Shown: positions 1 to 11,831 of the stretch, piece by piece | Numbering within the stretch: position 1 is the first letter of the stretch | Layout: every line of letters begins with the position of its first letter | Assembly: GCA_038087875.1 (NCBI GenBank) | Contig: CM075977.1 | Coordinates: 271,498,001-271,562,000, forward strand | Length of the DNA stretch: 64,000 nucleotides | Direction of reading: 5' to 3' | Source: Malacoraja senta | Taxonomy: Eukaryota | Made by a program: the position numbers and the translations under genes | The notes under the pieces: generated by a model | Databases searched by the model: none | The model's input: only the letters and a program-made list of their open reading frames with translations | What the model was told of the DNA's origin: nothing

Positions 1-523
1 CCAGAAGGATGTAGTCCTGCTGAGTTGAAATATTAGATGCCATTGATCAAGTTTACATTGAGTGTCATTGGAACAATGTTGGGGGAAAAGGACAGCGGGA
101 GTGAGATCAGGAATTGAAGTGAGAGATGAGCAGAAGCTTAGAGGAATTAGAGGAAACTGCGTGCTTAACAATGAATAGTATATGCAGAACTGAAAGTGAA
201 TTGTCACTTCACCCGAAAGATACACTTGGGCTTATAGCTGGAATGTAGAAAGCTGTACCGAGACATTGAAATGCTTGGTCAATACTACATGATGGAACTT
301 TTTTTAATGAGAAAATTCAATAAGAACATTTAACACTCCAGGAAATTTTACTGCCATTTTCATCATGGTGTGCACATGTATTCATAGCATTTCCAGCAGA
401 TACTGGGTCATGTCCTTTTACACAGGAACATGTTTTTACAGTGCTCGTTTCTATAGAACAATGTGATTTACAGATCTCAACACAATCCGCTAAAGCCAAC
501 TGTTGATGTAAATGTCTGCAGCT

Positions 524-790
524 GTTTAGTTTAGTTCAGAGATACAGCGCGGAAACAGGCCCTTCGGCCCACTGAGTCCGCGCCGACCAGCGATCCCCGC
601 ACACTAGGGACAATTTACAATTATACCAAGCCAATTAATCTACAAACCTGTACGTCTTTGGAGTGTGGGAGGGAACCGAAGATCTCAGAGAAATCCCATG
701 CAGGTCACGGGGAGAACATACAAACTCCGTGCAGACAGCACCCGTAGTAGGGATTGAGCGCGGGTCTCTGGCGCTGCAATCGCTGCACCT
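524..790 (-). mobile_element. tRNA-derived V-SINE (HE1-like)
   Basis: (TAAAC)n tail, GGGCCGAAGGGCCTGTTTCC 3' region shared with CR1, tRNA-like head. Confidence 0.85.
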
Positions 791-1067
791 CCTTGCTGCC
801 CACAAAGAGACTTTCAATGAGATGCACAAATAATCCTGCACTGTGATGCCACGCCACTCCAGAGGTCTCATTTGTGTTGTTGAATGAGCAGATAAGTATC
901 GAAGGCAGGGCAATCTGCCCTGGGACCTGATGAATGGACAGATAGGTAACAGGCTGCTCTTAGTGGCACGACCATATTCTTCACGGTTAACTATGCCTCC
1001 AAGTATTATGGTGGCAGGAGGGTGTTAGCGGCAAGGGGACATTTCCAAAAAACAACAGGGAGAGGCA

Positions 1068-1153
1068 AGATTGGATGGGTATATGGACGGGAAAGGAATG
1101 GAGGGTTATGGTCTGAGTGCAGGTAGATGGGACTAGGGGGAAGTATTTTATTT

Positions 1154-1187
<34 letters not shown>

Positions 1188-1273
1188 TTAAATGTTCGGC
1201 ACGGACTTGAAGGGCCGAGATGGCCTGTTTCCGTGCTGTTATGGTTATATGGTTATATGGTTATATGGTTATA
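1068..1273 (+). mobile_element. CR1 LINE 3' end with internal A-tract and (TGGTTATA)n tail
   Basis: CR1 3'UTR motifs. Same subfamily as the insert at 52541-52648. Confidence 0.8.
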
Positions 1274-1289
1274 AACTAAAAGGCACCAT

Positions 1290-2555
1290 TCCAAAAGAGG
1301 TACAGGAACAGTGTGATCTGTGGCTAAATGTGCACAAATATTTGTAAGAGGCAGGGCCGTTGTGGAAGTAATTAAAAGCAATTAAGATAATCAGAGAGTC
1401 ATGGAATCACAGAGCGTGGAAACAGGCCCTTCTGCCCATCCATGCCAACCAAGATGCCCCATCGATGCAAGTCCCATTTGTCCACATTTGCCAACACTTA
1501 TTTTTCTAAGTATTTCTTATCCACGTACCTGTCCAAGTGTCTTTTAAATGCTGTTATAGTACCTGCCTCAACTACCTCTGCTGGCAGCTCGTTCCCTATA
1601 CCCATCACCCTCTGAGTTCATAGGTTGCCCCTCATATTCCTATCTTGTCCATCTCACCTTAAGCCTAAGTCTCTGGTTTTTGACCCTGAGCAAAAGAGTC
1701 TGTGCATTCACACTATCTATTCCCCTCATGATTTTATACACCTCTATAAGATCACCCCTCATCCTACTGCGCTCCAAGGAATAGAGTCTTAGCCTGCCCA
1801 ATTTCTCATCCTCTTGGGGCTCAGCCCCTCTAGTCCTAGCAACATCCTCGTAAATCCTCTTCTCTAAACTCTTTCCAGCATCATGACTTCCTTCCTATGG
1901 CAGGATGACCAAAACTGAACACAAAACTCCAGTTCCTGGGCTTTTCCACAAGAATAGAAACAATGTTGAATTTTCAGAAGACACTGGTTTAGCAACAACT
2001 ATACAGTTCCATGTCCAGTTCTGAGCTCCACACGTTAGGAAAGTAGGTCTTAGATTGCAAAGAAGATTTGCTAAGATTATTCAAGGGATAAGAGCCTTCA
2101 GTTACATGGATAGAGTAGAAAATCTGCAGCTGTTCTTGGAGCAGGGGAAGTTAAGAGAGGATGCGATAGAAGTGTATAAAATCATCAAAACTTTGGACAG
2201 TGTCGATGGAAAGATCCTCTTTGGACAGTGTAGATTCCTGCTGATGGGAGAACAAAGAACGAGAAGGCATAGAATTGGCAAGAAACTAGGAGTAACATGA
2301 GGAAATGCTTCCTTACATAGTGCATGGTTATGATCCAGAATGCACTGTGGGTGGACTTGGAGACAGGGCTGTTGGGAGTGAAGGGAGGCAAGTTGGAAAC
2401 ATAGAAACATAGAAAATAGGTGCAGGAGTAGGCCATTCGGTCCAAGCCAGCACCGTCATTCAATATGATCATGGCTGATGATCCAAAATCAGTACCCCAT
2501 TCCTGCTTTCTCCCCATATCCATTGATTCCTTTAGCCCTAAGTGCTATATCTAAC
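1290..2555. mobile_element. Nested CR1 fragments (old + strand piece interrupted by - strand piece 1395-1930; - strand tail 2395-2555)
   Basis: ORF 2055..2300 QRRFAKII...IEVYKII is a CR1 RT C-terminus; CR1 3'UTR tails. Confidence 0.75.
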
Positions 2556-3244
2556 ATAGGACTAGCTATACTACTTGCATAGAGCAGATGCAGTTCGATG
2601 AACCTCTATGTTGGAACTGATCTGTGAATACATGCACCTCTAAGACACGGACAATTTATCCCAAACACTTTATATCCAAGGAGAAAATGCTGTGCTGAAT
2701 TTCAGTGAAGGCGAATTCAGTTCAATCTTCACCTCAAGGAATGGCCTAAGAAGAATTAAATGAAAGTATTCAACAAAGCGGTCAATAATCTGCATTTGAT
2801 CTTGAATACCATGCACCAAATTGGAAAAGCAGTCCAAGTAAATTGTTTTTCTGCCTGGAAGGAATGTTTATAGCCCTGGATAATGGAAAGAGGAGGTAAA
2901 AGAACAGATGCAAAGAGTTTAATTTTACTTTTGCATAATAATTTACAGCTGACACTGTAGCACTAAATTGTAATTACAGCCGCAGTCCTCTGGCCTCGAG
3001 GAGAATGGGCACATATTGAAATTCTATTTCAAAATCTTTCCTTTACATTTCAAACAATAAAAGCCAAACGTAATATCTTTTATTAAATTAATGAAATTCA
3101 CGAATCTGCTTCATCCTTTAGTAGATTATCTTTTCACTTTAGCAAGAGCAATGTTTTCAGTTTTTTGTAAAATTTGCTATATATCATACAACTGCTGAGA
3201 AAAGTATGGGCAAGTTATTTGTCTCTTGAGTTAAATTATTGCAG

Positions 3245-3381
3245 GTTTTTTTTTGCACTTCTGGCAATGGAAGTTCAGACCATATTGCGTTGGGAACTAC
3301 TTATATGAAGCTTTACTTCATGAGAACGATCATGTCTGCAATGGGCAAATGCTTTCCAAGGATAACAAAAGGCCACCATGA
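3245..3381 (+). CDS. Candidate terminal coding exon of a convergent plus-strand gene: (x)FFLHFWQWKFRPYCVGNYLYEALLHENDHVCNGQMLSKDNKRPP*
   Basis: Acceptor aattattgcag| after AT-rich intron-like DNA. The phase-1 frame gives a hydrophobic/aromatic stretch then a YEALL motif. No upstream exon found in the window. Confidence 0.3.
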
Positions 3382-3694
3382 TTCGACTGTGGCAGACCAC
3401 ACCAAGATGCCCAGAGGTCTTTGAGCTCTTGTTACATAACCATTTGAAGTGCCAAATATGAGAGCTATCCCTTTTGCAGGAGAGGAGGTGTTCCAAGAAG
3501 TTCTGGCACTGCACTGGATGCCTTGCTGGAGGAGATGGAGCAAGAATGGTCTCACAAGAAGCAGATGGTCACAACGATCAGTGTGAAACTTGCCTGAGAA
3601 CCTGCACGCCGTGTTGCCCGAGGTTAAAAGCTAAATCATGGTACTTGAAGAAACAAAGAACTGCAGAACCTGGTTAATACACAAACAGAATTAA

Positions 3695-4765
3695 TGCTCT
3701 GTTGTCACATAGTCGCGCATAAAGGGCGCTGACTAAGTTACAAAGTACTCCCGCGCCAGACCCACCTATGTTCTCCCACCCCCCCCCCACCCTCCTCCTC
3801 CCTCACGGTGGTCCCCCATGCTGGGTCCTACTTTGTTCCTTCCCCCGGCAGCGGTATCCTCACTTCTGCATGTCCGTCCTCGATCGTCGGTCAGCGCCAT
3901 CATCGACCGCCGCACTGACCTCTCCACTATCACCGTCGAGTCCTATCCGGACGTCTGTGTGGAGCCGACCCAGGCCCCAAAGAACCAGGCTGCAGGCTTC
4001 ATCGACTCGCGAGGCTCCACCTCCGGCAAGCGAGGCTCCGGCCCATGAGGCTCTGACCTCAGCTTCTCAGCAGTCCTCCGGAATTTAAGGTTCACAAGAA
4101 TCTTTTAAGTTCTTGTGAACCATCATTTCCAAGGACCTTAAATGGGGGGCCACCATCAGTCAAAAAGGCACAACAGAGGGTGTACTTCCTGCGGCAGCTG
4201 AAGAAACACAATCTGCCACAGGCAATGATGGTCCAATTCTATACGGCCATCGTAGAGTCTGTTCTCACCTTCTCCATCATGGTCTGGTTTGGCTCAGCCG
4301 CCAAGCACGACACCCAGAGGTTGCAGCGAATCGTCCGATCAGCTGAGAAGGCTATTGGCTGCAACCTTCCCTCAATTGACGAACTGTACACTGCAAGGGC
4401 CAGGAAGCCAGCGGGTAAGATCATCTCTGATCCCTCTCACCCTGGCCACAAACCTTTTGGAATCACTTCCCTCTGGAAGGTGACTCCGGACTGTCAAAGC
4501 TGCCACAGCCAGACATAAAACAGCTTTTTTCCACGAGTAGTAGCTCTACTCATTAACCAAAAATCTGTAGCCTCCTTTTGCTCTGATATTTTATTTAATT
4601 CACATGTTTAATCGATAATGTTTTATTATTAATGTTTAATATTTTATGTGTCATTCTTTATTGTCATTGTATGTCGTGTTGTCACTTGCGAGCGGAGCAC
4701 CAAGGCAAATTCTTGTATGTGAACATACTTGGCCAATAAACTTATTCATTCATTCATTCATTCAG
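3695..4765. mobile_element. LINE fragments: GC-rich 3'UTR on - (3695-4090) and Rex1/Babar 3' end on + with (CATT)n tail
   Basis: ORF 4180..4518 YFLRQLKK...FYTAIVESVLT...WFG is a Rex-type C-terminal domain. Confidence 0.75.
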
Positions 4766-5812
4766 AGATGGACATTTCTGGTATCATATCCATGTATGGA
4801 ACTGGGACCCGTGGTTTTTATGGTCACGCCATATCTAATCATCCCTCTATCTCCTCTTTCCACAATCCCATTGGCTTACAGAGTATGCGTGGAGTAAAGA
4901 GACAACTCCCATTCTCCTTTCTCGCTTCACCATGCACTGAGTGCATTTCCTTTACAAGAATTGCAAACCTATCCAGGGTTTTGAAGAAAGTGAAGATAAA
5001 GGCACGCCATTGTTCAATTTAACCATACCGAAACAATTAATGATTTGTTCACTAGCTTTGATTAGCGTTGAATTGATATCTGTGCACAGTGAGACAAAGG
5101 GCATGATTAGGCTGCAGGACGGGAATAAGAATAGTGCGAGTTCCCATTTTCCAGAGGTCAATACATCACAACAATGAATGAAGCAATTGCCAGTGCCAAC
5201 TTTAGAGCTCATAAGTGATGGGTAACTTTATTGGCATTTTTTCATTCTCCACTGCAGCACAAGCGGAATAGGTGCAATAATGAAAATTCAGTTTACCAAT
5301 ACGCAAGCTTAGACTGCAATGATAATGGCTCTGGATACTGTAGTTCACAAAGATTTACAGCATGTCACAGAAATCCAACAAGCTTTCCTCCACCAAAATC
5401 TAAAAATTGTTGAGATGTCAGCCTTCTGAACAGCAACAGCTTTACACTTTGTACTAATCAGGGGTTGTGCTTAGCTGTGGTAATACTGTACTGAACTGCA
5501 CACAAAAAAAAAAATTTTCACTGTACATCTGTACATGTGATAATAAAGAATCATGAAACCATTGAACAAAGCCTAAATCTGCTGTCTTCTTTGTGATCCC
5601 ACTCCTGACCCACCACGTGTAGCTGAACAACTCAAACAGTTTGAAGTACACATCACACATAGCACTGGGACATAACACTGGACTATAACCATCATGGCAA
5701 TACTGTCATTTGTTATTATAACGAGCATCAGTTACAAAAAACCCAAATGGGAATCTTTCAGCTCCAGTCCCTCTTTCCTGAAGGCATTTGGGAATAGTTA
5801 CCTGTATATCCA

Positions 5813-6006
5813 TTATCCCCTGCTGATGTCACGAGGGGTCACGGAAGGTTCTCCTTCCTCCATGCAGTCAACATTCTGCTTATCTATAGGCACTCCTGAC
5901 AATAGCATATGCTCACTATCGCCATGTTGTTCTTTTGGACTAGTCTTTGTGAAGTTATGACAGAGATACCAGGTACCCAGAGTCCCCGCCGTTATTGGCA
6001 GTACCA
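5813..6006 (-). CDS. Putative host gene, last coding exon: (L)VLPITAGTLGTWYLCHNFTK...RDISRG*
   Basis: Strong acceptor ctttctcctttgtgcag|, phase-1 entry into the only open frame (ORF 5813..6007), TAA stop, donor-like CAG|GTAACT at 5801. Confidence 0.6.
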
Positions 6007-6674
6007 CTGCACAAAGGAGAAAGTGGAGGTGTTAGACACTGTGTCCTTTTCTTTGACACCACAAGCACTAACTCACACACTGGCGCCATAAAGGTTGGGC
6101 GTTAGATGGACACAATGCATGTGGAAAGACACATGGCATTATCAGACTAAAGATGGTCTGGAGAGATAGGAAAGCCAGAACAACAACTCCTGAAAGGCAT
6201 AAACACACCTTGGTTCTACTCCAATGACTTGGATGAAGAACACAAGGAAGAAATATAATGAGGAGGCTGATGCAGATACAAGTCGAAATTGAAGTGGAAA
6301 TGCTTCGTATCTTGTTGAGAATGCTGAATATTTTTCACCCAGTGAGTTGTGAATCTGTGGAATTCTCTGCCACAGTAGGTAGTGGAGGCCAATTCACTGG
6401 ATGTTTTCAAGAGAGAGTTGGATATAGCACCGAGGGCTATGAAATCAAGGGATGTGGGGGGAAAGCAGGAATGGATAACTGATTCTGGAGATCAGCCATG
6501 ATCATATTGAATTGCAGTGCTGGCCCGAAGGGCCAAATAGCCTACTCCTGCACCTATTTTCTATGTTTTCTTGTCTATATCTTCACCAGTGCATCACCAC
6601 CTGCACTGATGGTGCCTGGAAATGGTGTGCACCTCAGCTCTGGCTCAATCTGACAGTCGTGGTGCAGCAACAGT

Positions 6675-6990
6675 TCCGTTTAGAGATACAGCTTGGAAAC
6701 AGATCCTTCAGCCCACCAAGTCCACGCCAACCATCGATCACCTGTTCTCACTAGTTCTATGCTATTCCACTTTCACATCCACTCCCTACACACTAGGGAC
6801 AATTTTTGGAGAGACTAATTAACCTACAAAACCACACGTCCTTCGGATATGGCAGGAAACCTGAGCACCCAGAGGAAACCCACACGGTCACAGAGAGTAC
6901 ATGCAAGCTCCTCACAGGCGGCACCTGAAGTCAAGATCAAACCTGGGTCTCTGGTGCTGTGAGGCAGTGGTTCTACCAGCTGTGCCCTTG
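6675..6990 (-). mobile_element. V-SINE (HE1-like)
   Basis: Same family as 524-790. Confidence 0.8.
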
Positions 6991-7865
6991 TGCCACCCAC
7001 CACCTGCACTGATAGAGCAGGTTTGTGTTTGTGTCAAAGCACATACAAAAGCCACCCAATCTATTTGTGCTTTATTGGGGTCACGGTGTGCTCCAATTAG
7101 AGCTCTGCTTGCTACCATTTGGATGCAGATTATGTTTGAATAACAGCAGTGCGATGCCAATTGAGAGCTCACCGTTACCATGGGAACTGCTGATCATCTT
7201 CTTTGCTGCAGGCCCAGAGGCACTGTGAGTTGTGCAACCCACGTGGTATCAGCTACACAGCCCATTGGATCGAATCTATATGCTGGCCTCATTAATTTAC
7301 AGAAACATAGAAATTCATGTCACAGAAGGATAACATTTGATTCTCCAGCTATTTAGACTGTTCCCATTTCTCAGCTCTCCCAGTGTAGCCTTGTATACAG
7401 CTCTTCAAGTATTTTGAATCTTTGAATTAAAACATTAACTGTTTCTTTGTCCAGTGGTTTTGCCTGACATGCTGAGTGTTTCTAGCATTTTCAGTTTTTA
7501 TTTTACATTTCCATCATCTGCAATTTTTTTCCACCCCTGGTCACACGTTTCACTAAACTGAATTCCAATGACAATAATTTTCCTTGCCAGTCAGTCAATA
7601 GGTTCCCGCAGCCTATAACTGCTTTAGTCAGAGGGTGGTGAATCTGTGGAATTCTTTGCCACAGAAGGCTGTGGAGGCAAAATCAGTGGATATTTTTAAG
7701 ACTGAGATAGATAGATTCTTGATTATTACGGGTGTCAGAGGTGATGGGGAAAAGGCAGGAGAATGGAGTTAGGAGGGAGAGATAGATCAGCCATGATTGA
7801 ATGGTGGAGTAGACCTGATGGGCCAAAGAGCCTAATTCTACTCCTATTCCTTATGACCTTATGAA

Positions 7866-8180
7866 CTGTGGCACAGTGGCGCAGCGGTAGAGTTCCTGCC
7901 TTACAGCGCCAGAGACCCTGGTTTGATCCTGACTACGGGTGCTAACTGTATGCAGTTTGTACATTCTCCCTGTGACTGTGTGGGTTTTCTCTGGGTGTTC
8001 CGGTTCCTCCCACAATCCAAAGACATACAGGTTTGTAGGTTAATTGGCTTCGGTAAAAAACTGTAAATTGTCTCTTGTGTGAAAGATAGTGTTAGTATAC
8101 GGGATGATCACTGGTCAGCACGGATTCAATGGGCCGGGCCCTGTTTCTGCGCTGTATCTCTAGAAATCGAAAAGTGAAGT
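7866..8180 (+). mobile_element. V-SINE (HE1-like)
   Basis: A box TGGCGCAGCGG, B box GGTTTGATCC, V-domain, CR1-like tail. Confidence 0.85.
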
Positions 8181-8974
8181 AAAAAAACCTGTCACATTTG
8201 GTTTATTTGCAAACTTCTTCATCAACATCTCTACATATAAGAGAAACACCAGGAACTGCAGATGTTGGAAACTTGAGCAAAACATGAAGTGCTGAAGTAA
8301 CTCAGCAGGTCAGGCAGCATCTGTGGGGGATATGGTTGTGACATATCGGGTTGGAACGTTTCTTCAGACTGATTGTAGTGAGGAGAAAATGCTGAAAATG
8401 TGAGGAGAGTGTGGGGCAAAGCCTGGCAAGTGGATGCAGATGAGGGGGGTTTGATTGGCAAATGGGTGGAATAAGTGACACTCCAGATGAAAGGACACAA
8501 AAAGGTGTCAGATAAGGAGAGAGAGATGTAAAGCCAAAGGGTGGGATGTAGGTAGAAGGACACGGGGGGAGGAGGAAGAAAGGGCCGGGATAGTGGGAGA
8601 AATGTTTATTTAAATATAGATTATTGGAATACTATATCGGGAAAAGCTATACACAGTCTTGCCTCACCACATATTCACTAAAGGAGTCATGGCCTATTAC
8701 TCTTTTTTTTCTTCCAATTGAACCAGTTTGGAATCCAGTTCCCCACTTTCGTATTAAGTCCCAAGAAGGGTCTCGACCCGAAATGTCACCCATTCAATCT
8801 GAAGAAGGGTCTTGACCTGAAACTTCGCCCATTCCTTCTCTCCAGACATGCTGCCTGTCCCGTTGAGTTACTCCAGCATTTTGTGTCTATCTTTGGCTCC
8901 CATGGACTTCTTGTTATTCCAGTCTGTTTGCCATGTGTGTTATTTTCATATACTGCACCTTGCCAAATTTCCAA

Positions 8975-9461
8975 GATAGAGGGGTGGGAGAAAGGGGGAA
9001 GGTGTGGAGACACTTTTAAGAAGCCAGACAACTTTTAATAAGCCAGAGATACACAGCTGTGAAGTTCGGCGGGCATTTAACATTATCGGTCGGTTATCCT
9101 TGGTTCTGAAAACTGGTGCTTATGTTTTTTTTTCCCAATGAGTCAATGAAAAAGACCAGTCAGCAAAGGCGATTAACTAAATCTACCTACGACTACCTCG
9201 ACTACCTATAACTACATGGCGACCCCGCTACAACTGCACCAATGACTACAGGATTATTGATTTTCTCCATGGCGACCAATTTTTGGTTGTAGAAAATTTG
9301 CGGCGACCATACTGAGGCCGTGACTAGTTCCCAGAATGCGGGAACTCCTTGCGACAATGAAGGAGACTCACCAGAGACCACCAGCGAACATGTGGCGATC
9401 ATGTGGCGAGCGCGGTTTCTCCTGCACTTGCCTAAAAAGTCGCTTAAGTGGGACAGGCCCA
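8975..9461. mobile_element. Harbinger-type MITE, right part only
   Basis: Ends GTGGGACAGGCCCA|TTA; interior similar to 17982-18765. Confidence 0.75.
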
Positions 9462-9870
9462 TTAATAACACTTGAAATAAATAAATAATTCTTCACACCT
9501 TGCATGCCCTTAACAAATCCAGCCACAGTCCTTGATTAACCAGTGCCACTTTAAATGCAGAATCATGTTGTATCCTCAGAATGTATGCCCACCACACATG
9601 TTGGACTAGTTTATAGTTCCTTGATTTGTCTTTGCGCATTTTCTGACAATTGTATTACAATAGCTGTTTTATAATCTCCAGACACCAAGCATGAAGTTAA
9701 AGAAGAAAGTAAAAAGGGCCATTCGGCCCTTCAAACCTGCACCGCCATTCATTGTGGTCATGGCTGATCATCCACAATCAGTAACCCGTGCCTGCCTTCT
9801 CCCCACATTCCTTGATTCCGCTAGCCCCTAGAGCTCTGTCTAACTCTAGTAAAATTATGGTCAGGGTCAT

Positions 9871-10453
9871 TGTTAGGCGCTTCCCCCCCTGGTGAACGCT
9901 ATGTACTTACCTTTCTCTGTTTCTTTCCAGAGTGCAGACCTTGTGGCTGTGAGTCTGGAATCAAGGGGTTAAAAGGCTCCTGTACCCGATTGGCCAAGCT
10001 GCGTCAGGTGACGGGTGACTCATCTGAAGCTTAAAAGCTCAGAGCTCCCAGGATTCTCTCTCTTCTTCGTCGACCCTGACTTGTGAGCTGACTGCTGGAG
10101 TGAGCTGCGGAAGGCCTGGCCACATGGCATAGAACTTTGTGTTTTTTCACCATTACTTATTAACAAATATTGAATTGGGACGGATAAGGGCTGACCTTAG
10201 TGTTTTCGTGTATTTTGTTTCAGGGTTATATCTCTTTAGGCAGGTTTTAGAGACTCCGGTTCGACGGTCCATCATGTGGCTGGCTGGAGCACTATTAAAT
10301 TGTTTGTCAGTCCATCCATATCCCTGACTGGGTTGTTTGAATCAGGTTTGGGTTTTGTGTTCCATTGAATAATTAAAACTATTTTTGAACTTGAACCTGG
10401 TTTTTGAATTATGTTACGCGGCTCTGAAGTACCTGCATTCGGGAGTCGTAACA
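9871..10453 (+). repeat. 5' LTR
   Basis: TGTTAGGCGC...GTCGTAACA, direct repeat of 15323-15905 with about a dozen substitutions by eye. Confidence 0.95.
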
Positions 10454-10456
10454 AAA

Positions 10457-10469
10457 TGGGGGCTCGTCC
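10457..10469 (+). promoter_or_regulatory. Primer-binding site, tRNA-Pro type
   Basis: TGGGGGCTCGTCC lies 3 nt after the 5' LTR and matches the 3' end complement of tRNA-Pro. Confidence 0.85.
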
Positions 10470-10589
10470 TAAGTTTTGAGGACCCTAGACGTTTTTTGGG
10501 GGGGGGGGGGTTTGGTAGGCTTCTGGTGACTAAGGAAGTCTGTGTTGTGAGGGAATTTTTTCTTCCGTTTGTGGTAGCATTGGTGCCCA

Positions 10590-11831
10590 GTGTTTAGCTG
10601 GTGGTTTGGTGCTACATTTGACATGGAGTTTAAAGGGAAGGAATTTATTGAAGCTCCTAGTCGGGAGTTGTTTGATAGATGTACGAAGGAGCATTTGATT
10701 TTTCTGGCAGAGAACTATGAAGTGCCTATTAACCCACATTCAAGGAAACAGTCCATTAAATCGGTGTTGTGGGCTGCGTTGGTGGAGGGTGGGGTTTTGC
10801 CTGACTGTGCAGACAGTCTCACACCATCTGTTCAGCCTGGTCAGGACATGGAGGCAATCATTAGGTTGAAGGAGTTAGAGCTGGCAATGAAAGAGGAGGA
10901 GACCAAAAGAGTCTCCCAAGAGGAGGAGACCAAAAGAGCAGAGATTCAGCTGCGTGGGGCTGAGGAGGAAACCAAGAGGGCAGTGATTAGGCTGCGGGAG
11001 AAGGAATTGGATGCCTCCCGGGTTTCTTCTAGGGAACGGGAGCTTGATATGAGCAAGAACATCCGCCTGGTTCCCCCCTTTAGTGAGAAGGATGTAGACA
11101 AGTTTTTCACAGTGTTTGAACGGGTGGCTTTGTCCATGAAGTGGCCTAGGGAAGTGTGGACCTTGCTATTGCAGTGTGTCCTTGTGGGTAAAGCACGGGA
11201 GGTGTACTCGTCTTTGTCTGTTGAAAGAAGTCTGGACTATGAGTGTGTGAAGTCTACAGTATTAAGGGCTTATGAATTAGTTCCAGAGGCGTACCGGCAG
11301 AAATTCCGGCACTTTAGGAAGTTTGATAGTCAGACTTATGTGGAGTTTGCTAGGGAGAAGGAGGCACTTTTTGACAGGTGGTGCGCTTCTCAAGGAGTGA
11401 AGGATGATGGGCAACTGCGGGCCTTGATGATTATGGAAGACTTTAAGAACTGTCTCCCTGAGAGGGTTACTACTTACCTTAATGAGCAGAAAGTGAATGA
11501 GGTGTCTAAGGCTGTGGTGTTGGCAGATGAGTATGTATTGACTCATAAAACTGATTTTGTTGGGCGATCCTATAGTTTTGGTGCACGGCCGGTTGATCGT
11601 GGTCGTGTCGCCGGTGGCAGTGTCAAAGATGTTTCTATGCCTGCAAGTGGCAGCACGTTGATACAGGGGGAGGTCCGAGCTAATAAGGTTGACGGAAATT
11701 TGAGGACTAACGAAGGTCCTTTGTGCTACTATTGTAGAGGGAGAGGGCACATGTTAATGTCCCGTTCTGAAGCAGAAAAATGCAAAGCCTGTGGCTTTGG
11801 TGGGTACACAGAAGGCACCTGTGGTACCTGA
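10590..11831 (+). CDS. gag: Gag (capsid/SCAN-like region, truncated CCHC knuckle)
   Basis: LVPPFSEKDVDKFF..FER...W, AYELVPEAYRQKFR, then CYYCRGRGH and a frameshift. Confidence 0.85.
   Translation: MFSWWFGATFDMEFKGKEFIEAPSRELFDRCTKEHLIFLAENYEVPINPHSRKQSIKSVLWAALVEGGVLPDCADSLTPSVQPGQDMEAIIRLKELELAMKEEETKRVSQEEETKRAEIQLRGAEEETKRAVIRLREKELDASRVSSRERELDMSKNIRLVPPFSEKDVDKFFTVFERVALSMKWPREVWTLLLQCVLVGKAREVYSSLSVERSLDYECVKSTVLRAYELVPEAYRQKFRHFRKFDSQTYVEFAREKEALFDRWCASQGVKDDGQLRALMIMEDFKNCLPERVTTYLNEQKVNEVSKAVVLADEYVLTHKTDFVGRSYSFGARPVDRGRVAGGSVKDVSMPASGSTLIQGEVRANKVDGNLRTNEGPLCYYCRGRGHMLMSRSEAEKCKACGFGGYTEGTCGT

Noticed and set aside
7866-7940. tRNA genes
   Set aside because: The A/B boxes belong to tRNA-derived SINE heads and continue into SINE bodies.
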